From: a virus
Taxonomy: Duplodnaviria > Caudoviricetes
Virus record (IMG/VR): IMGVR_UViG_3300037171_000150
Span: 1,612 to 65,611 of that record
DNA length: 64,000 nt
Direction: 5' to 3' (one strand)
Positions within the stretch are counted from its first letter, which is position 1; every line of letters begins with the position of its first letter. Of this stretch, positions 29,501-36,651 are shown in pieces. The position numbers and the translations under genes were made by a program. The notes below the pieces were generated by a model. The model was not told where the DNA came from. It saw only the letters and a list, made by a program, of their open reading frames with translations, and searched no databases.

Positions 29501-30463
29501 CGTGTAGCGCCCTTCTGGACCGGCTTCCACGGCCTTGAATCCATAGTGCATACCGGCGAGAACAATCATGTTTCCAAGAACATCCCCCCATGCGCCTTCT
29601 TCGTGCTTTGGATCACCCTCATCTGCATGAGCAACCGCGCGATAAGCACTTTCCGCCATCCCCTTCAATGCTGGTCCAAGAAAAGTTGCCTTCAAGGCCC
29701 ATGCTGACGCTTGAGGACTCGCCAACATCTGACCGACTTTAGTCAATCCAACCTTTGATGCCGACACCCCTGCAACCCCCAAACCGTACCCCATCAACGG
29801 CTCAAGGAAAGTTCCTCCAACCATCCATTCCAGTTGTGTCTTCGCCGATTCGGAACTGGTAAAAGCGCTAACAACATCCGATGCTCGCGTTATGTTTGGA
29901 TGGGCGCGGCGCTGGTCTAAAGTCATCGCCGAAGATATGTTGATTGCTCCCTGTTGATTTTGATGGGTGAGTAAGTCTTCTGTGTCGCTGACAATCCCTA
30001 AAAGGGGGATCGCGGCCATTTTATTGAGAGGTTTCTCGTCTTGAACTTTTTGCGCAGCCTGATATTGCATATACTGCTCAGTGCTCATGTTTTCCAGTGT
30101 GCGTGCGCGCTCGTGAGAAAAAGATTCGCCGAATCCTAGATTCCGGCCAGCATATCCGGTCTTGAAGATATTTTTGGTTCTCTCCCACCCAGTAGGCTCC
30201 CACGCCGAAACCGTCACGTCAGCATGAGGGTGAATCTTGGCGGCTTGCTCATCATAATAGTTAGGAGTTGGCGCAGGCTGTGTGACAGTCTTCTGCATTT
30301 TCGCCAACTTGGAGTTCACGAGATCAGCGAACTTGTCTTTGCGACCGCCTTCAATCTTGCGAAGTTTCTTGTTTACGAGATCAGCGAAGGCATCTTTACC
30401 CTCACCACTCTGAGGTGCGGTGGGCGCGGGCGGAGTGGCGGTATTCGTCTGAGTGTCGGCCAT
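20582..30463 (-). CDS. Giant polyvalent virion/ejected protein (DdrB-like ParB, zincin HExxH, Strawberry-notch-like SF2 helicase)
   Basis: 3293 aa; RTSH...DGPP...GGNGR; HEMAH; APAGAGKT, FDESA, SATP, QGTARPWR; at the end of the structural operon like DarB-type proteins. Confidence 0.8.
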   Translation of the reverse strand: MADTQTNTATPPAPTAPQSGEGKDAFADLVNKKLRKIEGGRKDKFADLVNSKLAKMQKTVTQPAPTPNYYDEQAAKIHPHADVTVSAWEPTGWERTKNIFKTGYAGRNLGFGESFSHERARTLENMSTEQYMQYQAAQKVQDEKPLNKMAAIPLLGIVSDTEDLLTHQNQQGAINISSAMTLDQRRAHPNITRASDVVSAFTSSESAKTQLEWMVGGTFLEPLMGYGLGVAGVSASKVGLTKVGQMLASPQASAWALKATFLGPALKGMAESAYRAVAHADEGDPKHEEGAWGDVLGNMIVLAGMHYGFKAVEAGPEGRYTEDLNKSASDLYGKKFTKLKPHEKAAVLYDAAECIDLDFKQTVNREVSKIQKARKKAGASKTFADEAVKSVVDRNTRLQAAKTVLNQIIERGISSEAFKQGASQREHAARQAADAQEQSRQADTIPSAEEQGGVHVEVNREDPELLERRTTVKTSEREAGPEQRDEPVPTEPAIPVVDRRAAAGEPTPEELTDPKDDARYQRIYGNVARRNPDWGTARIHQEVVDFMPTDWQERNREWNKLGKTLIAKASGEPTPEVKAKTTAAERAVQERTEAQFGQSFTSLPVDRQKLAAAWLEKNHPEQWEAFKGTPAYERHVSDVKHADMADAAVKQYLERNATGDEQPLAPGADDFSGAAKLILNRSNIDSVLKADPETSRDLNEHTERFIGKSFDALPAEMRAPALADYLRTKPEKIHSFITVDLTERMRTGQHIDIANMDAAGLMRQRASLRMDQRDSIRRLMDEDLAARMVTEERDSHHSELASAITASDTGRSPSLDEVSRVSKGLSEQASKMGLGEVHSPADLFRIEKDVKALPERTRTPAVNEFLVRMRQVRAAAQAHIATELAERTAASFRENAEEARPAAIEQVARLSIQSSELQQAADDLRMQGQAAAADAARQTADFVRQKAEAVVAGAESVQNPAPPPPHGRPRPKIVLGGVTEIVTPNHPEGLKAHYVLLPSKAVRTSHHPVTFEPTEGYDQKVQKRHYDTDKSAQADVTVNGANPDGRILYSDTPLTMDGPPVVAWRPDADGSATVLEVVGGNGREMIRQRARLLHSDAHEKLMNFRSTRIDRFGLSDAAGNVEFGGEPYDVYRLLDEPVTSEIEWTRLGEDSNRDPMKGSSAEEEGVAMSRLLTPEYLDRLDNIFSSLPHIETDKQGREHPISLRTAMRTRSSDIVQLLVDAGIIAPNKRTEYIVQNGESKGDLTPKTKDLIENMLIGLTVTDPQVLTDAPADVKNKLARAGVFFVKAKSAGENWNLASYNTDAVRLYTKADAMSYRLSRLRGTSEATSKGAGSSSLIEKYLYTGNYEDKNGLNAEQGDLSLDSFSFADGQSLGHPETDAVTAMAMALEQTPREYALMLAKYADRTKPSMFGAEHPADVFNAEIAGKFKNGEGNPLRVIPEEWGAVAPMPEAVKAAIEDARGPLPVEAEVHAETVIADVQPDSSSVVEALPEGPRSVRELRKALAAHPELNKDIETTEKITQMFEHILPTALGESMEDILGNRRLTYVFGGEDPEAPKSGGYFMMLNEAQAMIHLCDTADSSTYLHEMAHNIRRFMKPEYQAIANKFVGFVPGEGREWSPEQEERFADAFVHYYHDGGIKRGNAEGTKKMEGVFAHISRAMQSIYNSVRTFANGPGNKELDAMFDEWHDWSTAERKPFIKRVDIDAIAEFADKVEIPKEAKVIEKSARPVSGKTQDVVFTDEKLAKAFLKRNAKKIGYYEMLKVKGEETTYIRVGSLSMKLRQPGLNETIELARKARSIEDDLKRENNPERRALLRGQLNNIEDKLRGSTSIIGAGKPEPKDTSIIQLVHGVSEMPRLDEPTTPAQAVTVQQVRGDPTAVSLGESSPRKTKTGKIAEPSKNPLCDVPAASLQAPKKPRGTPVVDPDVWRGHVEALGLPEGTPPPTVRLDPDVREMMIYPGQAEAAEGSLSALQHQDATILAAPAGAGKTWLLSAIAHHLLGDGGEKVGLLVTKSRNLIEDDDGYMDVARKFGIDVDNLPSDMSQLQTGMYATTYTSIRGDKDVLSVPWDFVLFDESAEASNWEEAEQGKAVTLLGHVAKKVVYSSATPYSKIMQIGYMHKLGLWPKGGFPQWAKQFGLVESGPNEYSSRSTPEQLAKLRQQLIERGQWQTLYKDMTGVEARVALVPQTEEVRAGVRSIRAAFAKAGAAFQKAGMSKYITPVKGHEVIYLKRYLTAARLPNVIKLAKDLSEKGWSPIMFTEYRSPAEEGMEFFNELPAGLGAEINKMLPPLPNVVEKMREAFGDKIAIFAGPHNAVRAGELKAFQAGEKDAMYMSFAAGSIGANAQDKIGTKPRAALFIDVPWSPVMLEQGTARPWRYGSKSNVAMYFFTSDSLPEMKTLATKTLPRMRSLKAAVYGEKYESDVSKAFRDAAGIPAEVRDFMQDEEKPDAADFEQDGKGVSYTHIDDVEIPSAAKAKNKGMKYKGKGEKLYQGPKDEDPFERLGSAAWDGLFGELKKLSAPEARAVTANKGVIRLEAEEAGRAAMGSGESAENAATRKTRDMANDIRLFMDNSDALYHGKKSIQRKAKAAQELGWSVFTSGYRVIEKVYRRAGLKEDGQEMRRRRTDWILTKGGYQGRLQTAFHGIIEGHKLSEKDIETMSRVVENRALPGYVYDAKMLKVVPDIPERIVNAAFEYRNLMRDIRRTFASVGSVVVYFEDGMQKHRPYSAIEDDPYYFHRIYDWNKEYKSINAETGKVERHTLGEIMDMDPADIKREKLVDRFADEHGISRNKAQAFFDKNDRGIRLQGNAERAREFDIPLYERGRRSIERYIDQVSSVLASTEVHGQFREKTEPLLNKLSHGDASIIDHILTSDMDPVHLPEVDKEVLGTTSTIVITGKMLWSPIKVGTHIWRATADANTRSLFFGLMRGMTHPKELVQRAMDCNALLDYTQSAYMREIGLKRESIGNKFLRFNGFNFEVQMSRIFLAATGRAFFERYAYPELVKDPTNTALRRKLRNLWGFSDEHLDNIIKNGYGPDDVRRMELGLANNIVGGGYASELPPIFRPDKNASPTMIHLNTLFRCTQMLHQYMIKTANQVGDRVFDEMKEEGFKSSDTYKQLLRFAFNAGLAGFALNQLIYQRHRLVGSPEAEIEKRRNEWLAAHPASSEALWWAMANYTMAIGLQGPSSLFQAMATHNAKDHAKLAGRHGLTKDVAAQVMGIPGQDMEAFSTATEDMVNTTADTGKHKLSVDDRRKNIIKRLLAEEVVGTNLLPGMAPKKVEPSHHGRRHKTTSRF

Positions 30464-30465
30464 GG

Positions 30466-32637
30466 CTATTTGATTGTACCGCCTTGCGCCTTGAAGTCTG
30501 CATCATCGGCAAGTTGCTTTGTTTCGGCATCGGTCAATTTGATTGTTCCGTGAAGTTGCCCGTGCTGGTAGATTTTGCGCTCTCGTGGCTCATCGCTTTT
30601 ACCGCCCTTTCCACTCTGGTTACCTCTGTTGTGCAGGACGTTGGCATAGGAGTCCGCATCGTGAGGATTGTCGAACTTGCCGAGGTTCTCGCCGGTTTGA
30701 AGGTAGTGCTGCCATGCCTTCTGGAACATCGCCTTCTCTTCGGAACTTCCTTCGCGCGGCTTCTTCCCGTCCGGAGTGAGGAATTTTCCATTGACCACGG
30801 TCGGCACAAGAACCTCATTGCCGGTTTTCTCGTCACGAAATGAGGTCGAATACTCACTACTATGGGTTCCGTCTGCATTTTGCACGGTAGGCCTATCCCA
30901 TATTGGGATATTTCCCGGCTCCCTAAGACCTTTCGGGTTAGGAATAGCCATGAATTGTGATTTACCACCCTGCGCCGGAGACGAGGCCGACGCAGGCGTG
31001 GCAGCACCCGCCTGTGGCGATCCAGGCGTCACGGTGCTTCCTGCTGAAGAAGAGTTTCCAACCCAAAGAGGTTTGAGCCTACCCTTCACCGCATTCAGTT
31101 CGTCCGAGGTCAACCCTCTAAGGTTTGGGGATTTAAGGACATCTCGTATCTGGTTCTGAAGATCGGCCTCCAGCCTTACCAATCCCTCGTGGTCAAGATT
31201 TCCAGAGTACATCCCCTTCGAGTCCGGCTGGATCTGATCTTTCCCAGATTGCTGACGATACTGATATTGCGCATCTTCTCCATCGTTATTTGTTCTTCCA
31301 ACAATGCTAGCGATGGCCCCGTCGAAAGTGTCGTCATCCATCTTTTTATATTGAGGCAGATCGCGGAGCTTGCCTACTGCTACCGTGGTTACATCGTTGG
31401 CAAACTGGTCGGGATCATCCTTTGCATTTTTGGCGTTAATGTCGCGCGAAGTACCCGCAACTCCTTCCACGGTCGGCATCGCTTGAGCCTCTGCCTCTGC
31501 GCGAGTCATTCCAGGATGGTGATTCATTAAGAAGTTAACATCTTCCCGAAACTTTTTCTCCATACTTCCGCCGCTTGCGCCGCCTTCACCGCGAGGCTCA
31601 TACGCCTTCTGGACCCCGCGCTTGATGTCGTATGTTCCGTCATCATGCTCTTCGATAATCTCGCCCCGGCTGGTCACATGGAGCTTTGACTTCGGATCGA
31701 TGTTAATTTTGTTGGCCCGGAAAATGTCTTTGTCGGCGTCGGTCAGTTTGTAGCCGGGTTGCGAAATCCTTTTTACAACCTCGTCGAGCGCCATCTTGGT
31801 TTCGTCGCCCGGCTTGGGCTCTTCGATCTTCGGCGGATTCACCACGCCATAAGCCTGCTTGTATTGCGCGACCAGACTCTTTTCAGAATCAGTCCACTGG
31901 TCTTGCGGTTTGTTCTGGATCTGCGCAATCTGCGGGCCGAGCTTGGAGATTGTCGATCTCGCCTGCAACTCGTCCGTCTGCAGCCCCTGCGCCGTCCCTT
32001 GATTTGTGCGCTGCTGCTGCGCCTGCGGCGTGTAGAACCGGGCAACCTGCGCGAGAACCGGCGGCCCAGCCTGCATGGACACCTGATGCAGCGCCTGAGC
32101 CTTCTCCTGCGGTGTCGAGGCTGGGTTCGAGAGAACGGCTGCCGGCGGGAGTTGCTGCCCGTCTTTGCCCTTCCCCTTCTTTTTCTTGCCGCCTTCCTGC
32201 TGGTCGATGAGTTGGCCACGGAAGTCCTGCAGCGCGCCCCATGAACCGTTCACCGCGGACTGTGCCGACTTGAACGCATCCGAGTTCTGAGGAATGCCCG
32301 CCGAGGCCAACTGGTACAGCCGCTGGGCATCCTGATTGTAGGAGTTCTGCAGATCGTCCGACTTGCGCTTGAGCTTCATCGCCTGCTGCGCGTTGACCAT
32401 ATTCCGGCCTTGCACGTAGCCACGAAGGATTCCGTCGGCCATGTAGGCAATTGCCCCGCCATGCGTCAACGCGCCCGGATTCTGAGGGCGCTGATCTGGC
32501 GGAAGCTGAATCTGCGGCTTCTCTGGGATGGACGGAGCATCCATCTTGGTGTAGGGAGATTCGGACGTGTTGTAAGTTGGCAGATCCTGCGCAGCGGGTG
32601 CGGCGGAGGAATCGGGTTGTTGATCGTCTTGAGCCAC
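30466..32637 (-). CDS. Internal virion / DNA ejection protein
   Basis: Q/A/G-rich helical protein in the ejection-gene position; conserved C-terminal 'GNI...RP.VQNADG..S...EVLVPTV...TGENLGKF' domain. Confidence 0.65.
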   Translation of the reverse strand: MAQDDQQPDSSAAPAAQDLPTYNTSESPYTKMDAPSIPEKPQIQLPPDQRPQNPGALTHGGAIAYMADGILRGYVQGRNMVNAQQAMKLKRKSDDLQNSYNQDAQRLYQLASAGIPQNSDAFKSAQSAVNGSWGALQDFRGQLIDQQEGGKKKKGKGKDGQQLPPAAVLSNPASTPQEKAQALHQVSMQAGPPVLAQVARFYTPQAQQQRTNQGTAQGLQTDELQARSTISKLGPQIAQIQNKPQDQWTDSEKSLVAQYKQAYGVVNPPKIEEPKPGDETKMALDEVVKRISQPGYKLTDADKDIFRANKINIDPKSKLHVTSRGEIIEEHDDGTYDIKRGVQKAYEPRGEGGASGGSMEKKFREDVNFLMNHHPGMTRAEAEAQAMPTVEGVAGTSRDINAKNAKDDPDQFANDVTTVAVGKLRDLPQYKKMDDDTFDGAIASIVGRTNNDGEDAQYQYRQQSGKDQIQPDSKGMYSGNLDHEGLVRLEADLQNQIRDVLKSPNLRGLTSDELNAVKGRLKPLWVGNSSSAGSTVTPGSPQAGAATPASASSPAQGGKSQFMAIPNPKGLREPGNIPIWDRPTVQNADGTHSSEYSTSFRDEKTGNEVLVPTVVNGKFLTPDGKKPREGSSEEKAMFQKAWQHYLQTGENLGKFDNPHDADSYANVLHNRGNQSGKGGKSDEPRERKIYQHGQLHGTIKLTDAETKQLADDADFKAQGGTIK

Positions 32638-32645
32638 GAGTCCTC

Positions 32646-33377
32646 CTATACTAAGACCGATGCTGCTCCACCACCGGCTGCTACTCCGCCACTGTAGTCC
32701 ATCCCGATGTCATTGGCGCCGGTCATTCCATCGCCGCCGCCGATTCCATACCCAGCCCCACCGGAACCAAAATTATCTGCGGGTATTGTCTGTGAAGGAC
32801 TTTGCCCCGCCATTCCTGGGTTTTGCTTTCCGCCCGTCGCCAGGTCTTGAGTGAACGAACTGTAGGCTCCAAGCGTCTGACCCTTCTGCTGCATATTTTG
32901 CTGGATGATGCCCGACTGAATCTGGCTGGCCGCGTTATACCCCTGCATCGCCTGCCCGGTCATCGCATTGCTCGCGCCGATTCCCTGACCAGATAGTTTG
33001 GCGAGTGCGTTGAACGAGCCAAGGTAACCTTCGCTGGCAACCCTTCCCACCTGCGCTCCCTGGCTCACATCAGCATTCTCCAGCGCGAGCACCTTGGTTC
33101 CGCCTGCCGGGGAGTTGTTCATGATATTGTCTTTGGCGCCGGCTGTGGCTTGAGCGATCTGCTGTGTTGCAGGAGATGCTGCGCGCGCAATAGCGTAAGG
33201 ATCTCCCGAAGCCATGGTTTCGTAAAACTGATTCGCTTGCTCATATCCAGGAAGTGCTTGATTAAACAAAGTTTGCGCATCCGCATTTTGAGATGTTGCA
33301 ATTTGTGTTAATGCGTCGGCGTTAGACGTTTCGGATGCCTGCAGCGATGCGTCTTGTCTTATTGCACCCTTTCCCAT
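32646..33377 (-). CDS. Putative pilot/ejection protein
   Basis: MGKG start, A/G/Q/S-rich, first of three ejection-type genes. Confidence 0.6.
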   Translation of the reverse strand: MGKGAIRQDASLQASETSNADALTQIATSQNADAQTLFNQALPGYEQANQFYETMASGDPYAIARAASPATQQIAQATAGAKDNIMNNSPAGGTKVLALENADVSQGAQVGRVASEGYLGSFNALAKLSGQGIGASNAMTGQAMQGYNAASQIQSGIIQQNMQQKGQTLGAYSSFTQDLATGGKQNPGMAGQSPSQTIPADNFGSGGAGYGIGGGDGMTGANDIGMDYSGGVAAGGGAASVLV

Positions 33378-33378
33378 T

Positions 33379-34332
33379 TTAAGCCGCCTTTCCGAGATAT
33401 TGACGCTCGATACGTTTCAGCGCCGCTATCCGCATTTTAGCTTTGGCCTCTGGGGTATGGAGATGCCCTGGACGCCCCTTTTGTTTTTCCCCAAACTCTT
33501 TACGTTTCTCTGGAGTCCACGCCCTGCAGATTGATTCATTCCGTCTTTTGATAAGATCGGGGGACTGCAAAATTCCCCTAGCTCTCTCATAGCGCTCTCT
33601 CATAATCTCGGAGCGCTCTTCGGCGGGGATCTTTGCCCAGCAGAGCCGTGCCGACTCCGCTAGAATAATTTTGTTTTCTTCTGTCAAGGGGTGTCCCGGA
33701 CGCGGCTTCAATGCCCGCGAAGCCCTCTGACGTTTTGAGTGTTCCGCTCGGAGTTCAGGAGTCCACGCGGCGAGCATACCGGCCCTCATCCTCTCTATTT
33801 GTTCAGGAGTTCTTTTTTTACCTAGACCTGGAGGGTTGGCGCGCATTGCAGCGGCGCGTTCCGCCGACACCGGCCTCCCTTTACGGATAGCTGATTGCTT
33901 ATCTCGTGTCTCCTGGGAAACAAACTTACCAATCTGCGCGGATGAAATCTTCGCCCTCATCTCTGGAGTGCAAGGACGGCCCTTCATCCTCTCGCGGACT
34001 TCAGGCGTTGGAATACCGCTCTGGCCACCAAGCGTACTGTTGTACCCTACTCGCCGATTCGTACTGTTGAGACGCGCAATCCACTCCATCTCTTTGCCAA
34101 GAAGTTCCTCATCTAAAAGAGCGTGGTCGATAACCTCAACCGTGAAGTTCTCGACCCCGTGTTTGCGCATGGCGTTATAGAGATAAGAGTCTCCCCGGCT
34201 ACCCTTCTGTTTATTCCGGGCGCAATCCTTGTGCTGGCTCCATCGCCTACCGAGGACGCCGATGGTTTTTCCAATATAGATTTTGGAATTCACCGTGTTC
34301 GTGATCTTGTAAATAACGCCCACGCAGCACAC
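33379..34332 (-). CDS. Free-standing GIY-YIG homing endonuclease with NUMOD3 repeats
   Basis: 'VIYKITNTVNSKIYIGKT...RWSQH...GYN'; repeated 'xxTPEx(R)xKMS' motifs. Confidence 0.92.
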   Translation of the reverse strand: MCCVGVIYKITNTVNSKIYIGKTIGVLGRRWSQHKDCARNKQKGSRGDSYLYNAMRKHGVENFTVEVIDHALLDEELLGKEMEWIARLNSTNRRVGYNSTLGGQSGIPTPEVRERMKGRPCTPEMRAKISSAQIGKFVSQETRDKQSAIRKGRPVSAERAAAMRANPPGLGKKRTPEQIERMRAGMLAAWTPELRAEHSKRQRASRALKPRPGHPLTEENKIILAESARLCWAKIPAEERSEIMRERYERARGILQSPDLIKRRNESICRAWTPEKRKEFGEKQKGRPGHLHTPEAKAKMRIAALKRIERQYLGKAA

Positions 34333-34397
34333 TCCTACGACGCAATGGTATCAGATTCAGCGCCGGGAGCGTGTCAGTTGCGGGAAGAAATTTCTGA

Positions 34398-35585
34398 TCA
34401 GAATGGCAACTCCGGCTGCCCATCATCATCCGTGAACGCGACGACTTCGCACCTGCATCCAGGGAAGCGTTGCTTGAAAGCCTCGATCTGGAAAGCAACC
34501 GCCTCGGCTGTCCGCTCGACAGGCTTATCGTCCAACTGCACGCCGTCGGCGTCGAACGCCTGGACGACGACCCAATCCTCAACAACAGGCGGCGCGGTGC
34601 GCTCTGCTTCGGGAATGACCTCATCGACTTCCGGCCACTGGACATCGATCACGGGCGAGGGCGGAACCAAACGCGGCTGCGGAATAATCTTGACCAACTC
34701 AACCTGTTCCTCTTCAACCTTCCGGGGGTTGAAAAAATAGATGCCTTCTCCAAGTTGCCCTTGCGGCACCACCTTCAATTCCATCCCCATTGGGATCCCC
34801 GGAACGTAGGTTGCACTGTAGGGGAAGTAGACCACCGCAATCTCGCCAGCGGCCAGCCGGGCCACTTGTTCGTCGATCGACTCACGGGAGTTATCGAAGA
34901 CCGGCTGTGCAGCGGCCACAGGCGCTAGAGTATCGACCTCTGCCGCCCGATACTGCTTGACCAGGAAGTCGGCCACGTAATCCTCGAAGTCCGTGCGCAG
35001 CAAAGTCGATATGATCCCCGTAGATAGTTTGTTGCCCTTCAGTTGGTAATAGGGAATCGCACCGTCCACTTTGAATCCAAATTTTGCCATGAAACGGGCG
35101 GTGAGCAGGTTCTCCTCGTAGCGGATTCCGTGCAGGGCAACAATGTCGAGTTCCTTGAAGAGATAGGCTAGTCCCAGCATGGTGACGATTTCTTGGTCGG
35201 CGGTGCCCCATGCGTCCCGAAAAAATCCATAGCCGCCAAAGAGGCTTTTCTCTGTGTGGGGGAAGCCGCAAGAGATGACCGAAAAAGCAAAGCCGAGCTC
35301 GTGAAACTTCTCGCCTTCCCATCGGCCAAGGATTATGAGATATGAGCGTGAGGCGAGATAGGTAACGATGGAATTGAAGTCGGATGCGGGGTTGCCGCCA
35401 AAGAGTTGCGTCAGAATGCCATCCCCAGAACGCCTCTTTGATTCTCGGCAACGGTGATAGAGATGACCTAGATAATCGTCTGGGAAGAGGTCTGTATTTT
35501 TGCGGTCATACCTAATGGCGGCCAGATCGCCAAGGCGGTATTCGTCTTCTTTCAAAGCGCCAAGAACATCAACTTTATCCACCAT
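34398..35585 (-). CDS. GNAT (RimJ/RimL-like) acyltransferase-fold protein with C-terminal extension
   Basis: 'YLFKELDIVALHG...ENLLTARFMAKFGFKVDG'; position like the podophage GNAT next to ejection genes. Confidence 0.65.
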   Translation of the reverse strand: MVDKVDVLGALKEDEYRLGDLAAIRYDRKNTDLFPDDYLGHLYHRCRESKRRSGDGILTQLFGGNPASDFNSIVTYLASRSYLIILGRWEGEKFHELGFAFSVISCGFPHTEKSLFGGYGFFRDAWGTADQEIVTMLGLAYLFKELDIVALHGIRYEENLLTARFMAKFGFKVDGAIPYYQLKGNKLSTGIISTLLRTDFEDYVADFLVKQYRAAEVDTLAPVAAAQPVFDNSRESIDEQVARLAAGEIAVVYFPYSATYVPGIPMGMELKVVPQGQLGEGIYFFNPRKVEEEQVELVKIIPQPRLVPPSPVIDVQWPEVDEVIPEAERTAPPVVEDWVVVQAFDADGVQLDDKPVERTAEAVAFQIEAFKQRFPGCRCEVVAFTDDDGQPELPF

Positions 35586-35787
35586 ACACCACCAACTCCT
35601 TCGGACCTTCCTTGACCAGTTCCAGTACGGGTTTTCGATTCCACGGCAAGTCCGCTACGTCCCATGAAATGAAAGCAACTTGCGCTGGTCCTTCAAAGAG
35701 AATCTGATTGCCAATCTGACGGCGCATGAAGATCGTTCCATTACCGTTCTTGAAGTAACTCTCGCGGACTTCGACAAGGCCTTCCAT
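35575..35787 (-). CDS. Hypothetical protein
   Basis: Coupled ORF with GGAGG RBS. Confidence 0.55.
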   Translation of the reverse strand: MEGLVEVRESYFKNGNGTIFMRRQIGNQILFEGPAQVAFISWDVADLPWNRKPVLELVKEGPKELVVYGG

Positions 35788-35996
35788 CACCGTCCAACCT
35801 CCAACGCCAGCAACACCACGCCGGCAATCAGCAGCGCGACCGAAGAGAAGCCGAGTGAGTAGAGAATCAGCAGCGGGAAGAAGGCTCCCGGCTTCGTGCC
35901 CTGTCCGTGGTCCATTTCATAAGGACCGGCTGGCAGGGCAAGGCGAAGGGCGATCCACAGAGCGACGGGCAGGGCAATTACAAGATAGATGGTCAT
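35787..35996 (-). CDS. Small two-TM membrane protein
   Basis: Two hydrophobic segments; GAGG RBS. Confidence 0.6.
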   Translation of the reverse strand: MTIYLVIALPVALWIALRLALPAGPYEMDHGQGTKPGAFFPLLILYSLGFSSVALLIAGVVLLALEVGR

Positions 35997-36074
35997 TGGC
36001 TACCTCTTTCCGGCGTGAAGGAGCGCGTCGAGTAATTCATCGGCGCGCTTCCCTTGTTCATGTTCAGGGTTCTA

Positions 36075-36350
36075 CTATACCCGGCGCGGCCCAGGAGCCT
36101 GCTGCGGCAGAGCCAGGCCGGAAGCGGAAGGTCCGGCGTCGAAGGCATCCGCGGAAGCCTTGAGTTGAATGGCGCTGTTCAACATTTGGCCCAGCGGAGG
36201 GTCAGCCACGGAATATGCGCCGTCGAGAATGAGCGCGCCGCCGACGCGACCCAGGAATGTACTCACATCCCGCAAAGTGTTCACGAGTTGGCTTTTGGTG
36301 GGGGGTTGGTTGAAGGAGATTGCGTCAAGTTCCAAATCTTTCACATCCAT
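36075..36350 (-). CDS. Hypothetical protein
   Basis: GAGGA RBS; has its own promoter upstream. Confidence 0.65.
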   Translation of the reverse strand: MDVKDLELDAISFNQPPTKSQLVNTLRDVSTFLGRVGGALILDGAYSVADPPLGQMLNSAIQLKASADAFDAGPSASGLALPQQAPGPRRV

Positions 36351-36377
36351 GAATTGTCCTCGTCTAAGCGTTGGTTA

Positions 36378-36422
36378 CGCTTGCAATTCAAATGTACACC
36401 CGGTATCCGATTCTTGCAAGCG
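36378..36422 (-). promoter_or_regulatory. Promoter TTGCAA-N17-TACATT bracketed by inverted CGCTTGCAA elements
   Basis: -35 at 36414-36419, -10 at 36391-36396, second copy of the element at 36378-36386. Confidence 0.7.
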
Positions 36423-36427
36423 GAAAA

Positions 36428-36640
36428 TCAGGCGCTCACTGCTCGGGCCGTAAACTGCTTCATTGTCTCAGGGAAATCAGATTCCTTGTCGGATAGGCGG
36501 TAGATTCTGTGCTCGTCGACAAAATTCGTCTCCATGAACCTCTCGTAGCAGGCGAAGCATTTGAGGCGCCCGTCCACCTGAAACACCGCCTTCGGGTGTC
36601 TCGACCTGCATTTCTTGTCTTCACATAGCCTAAACGCCAC
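36428..36640 (-). CDS. Small Cys-containing hypothetical protein
   Basis: GGAGG RBS, GTG start, C-x4-C...CxxC. Confidence 0.55.
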   Translation of the reverse strand: MAFRLCEDKKCRSRHPKAVFQVDGRLKCFACYERFMETNFVDEHRIYRLSDKESDFPETMKQFTARAVSA

Positions 36641-36651
36641 AGTCGCCTCCG

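Noticed and set aside
33379-34397. GIY-YIG gene as part of a group I intron
   Set aside because: Flanking genes appear complete with their own starts and stops; only 1 bp and ~65 bp of flank, too little for a ribozyme core
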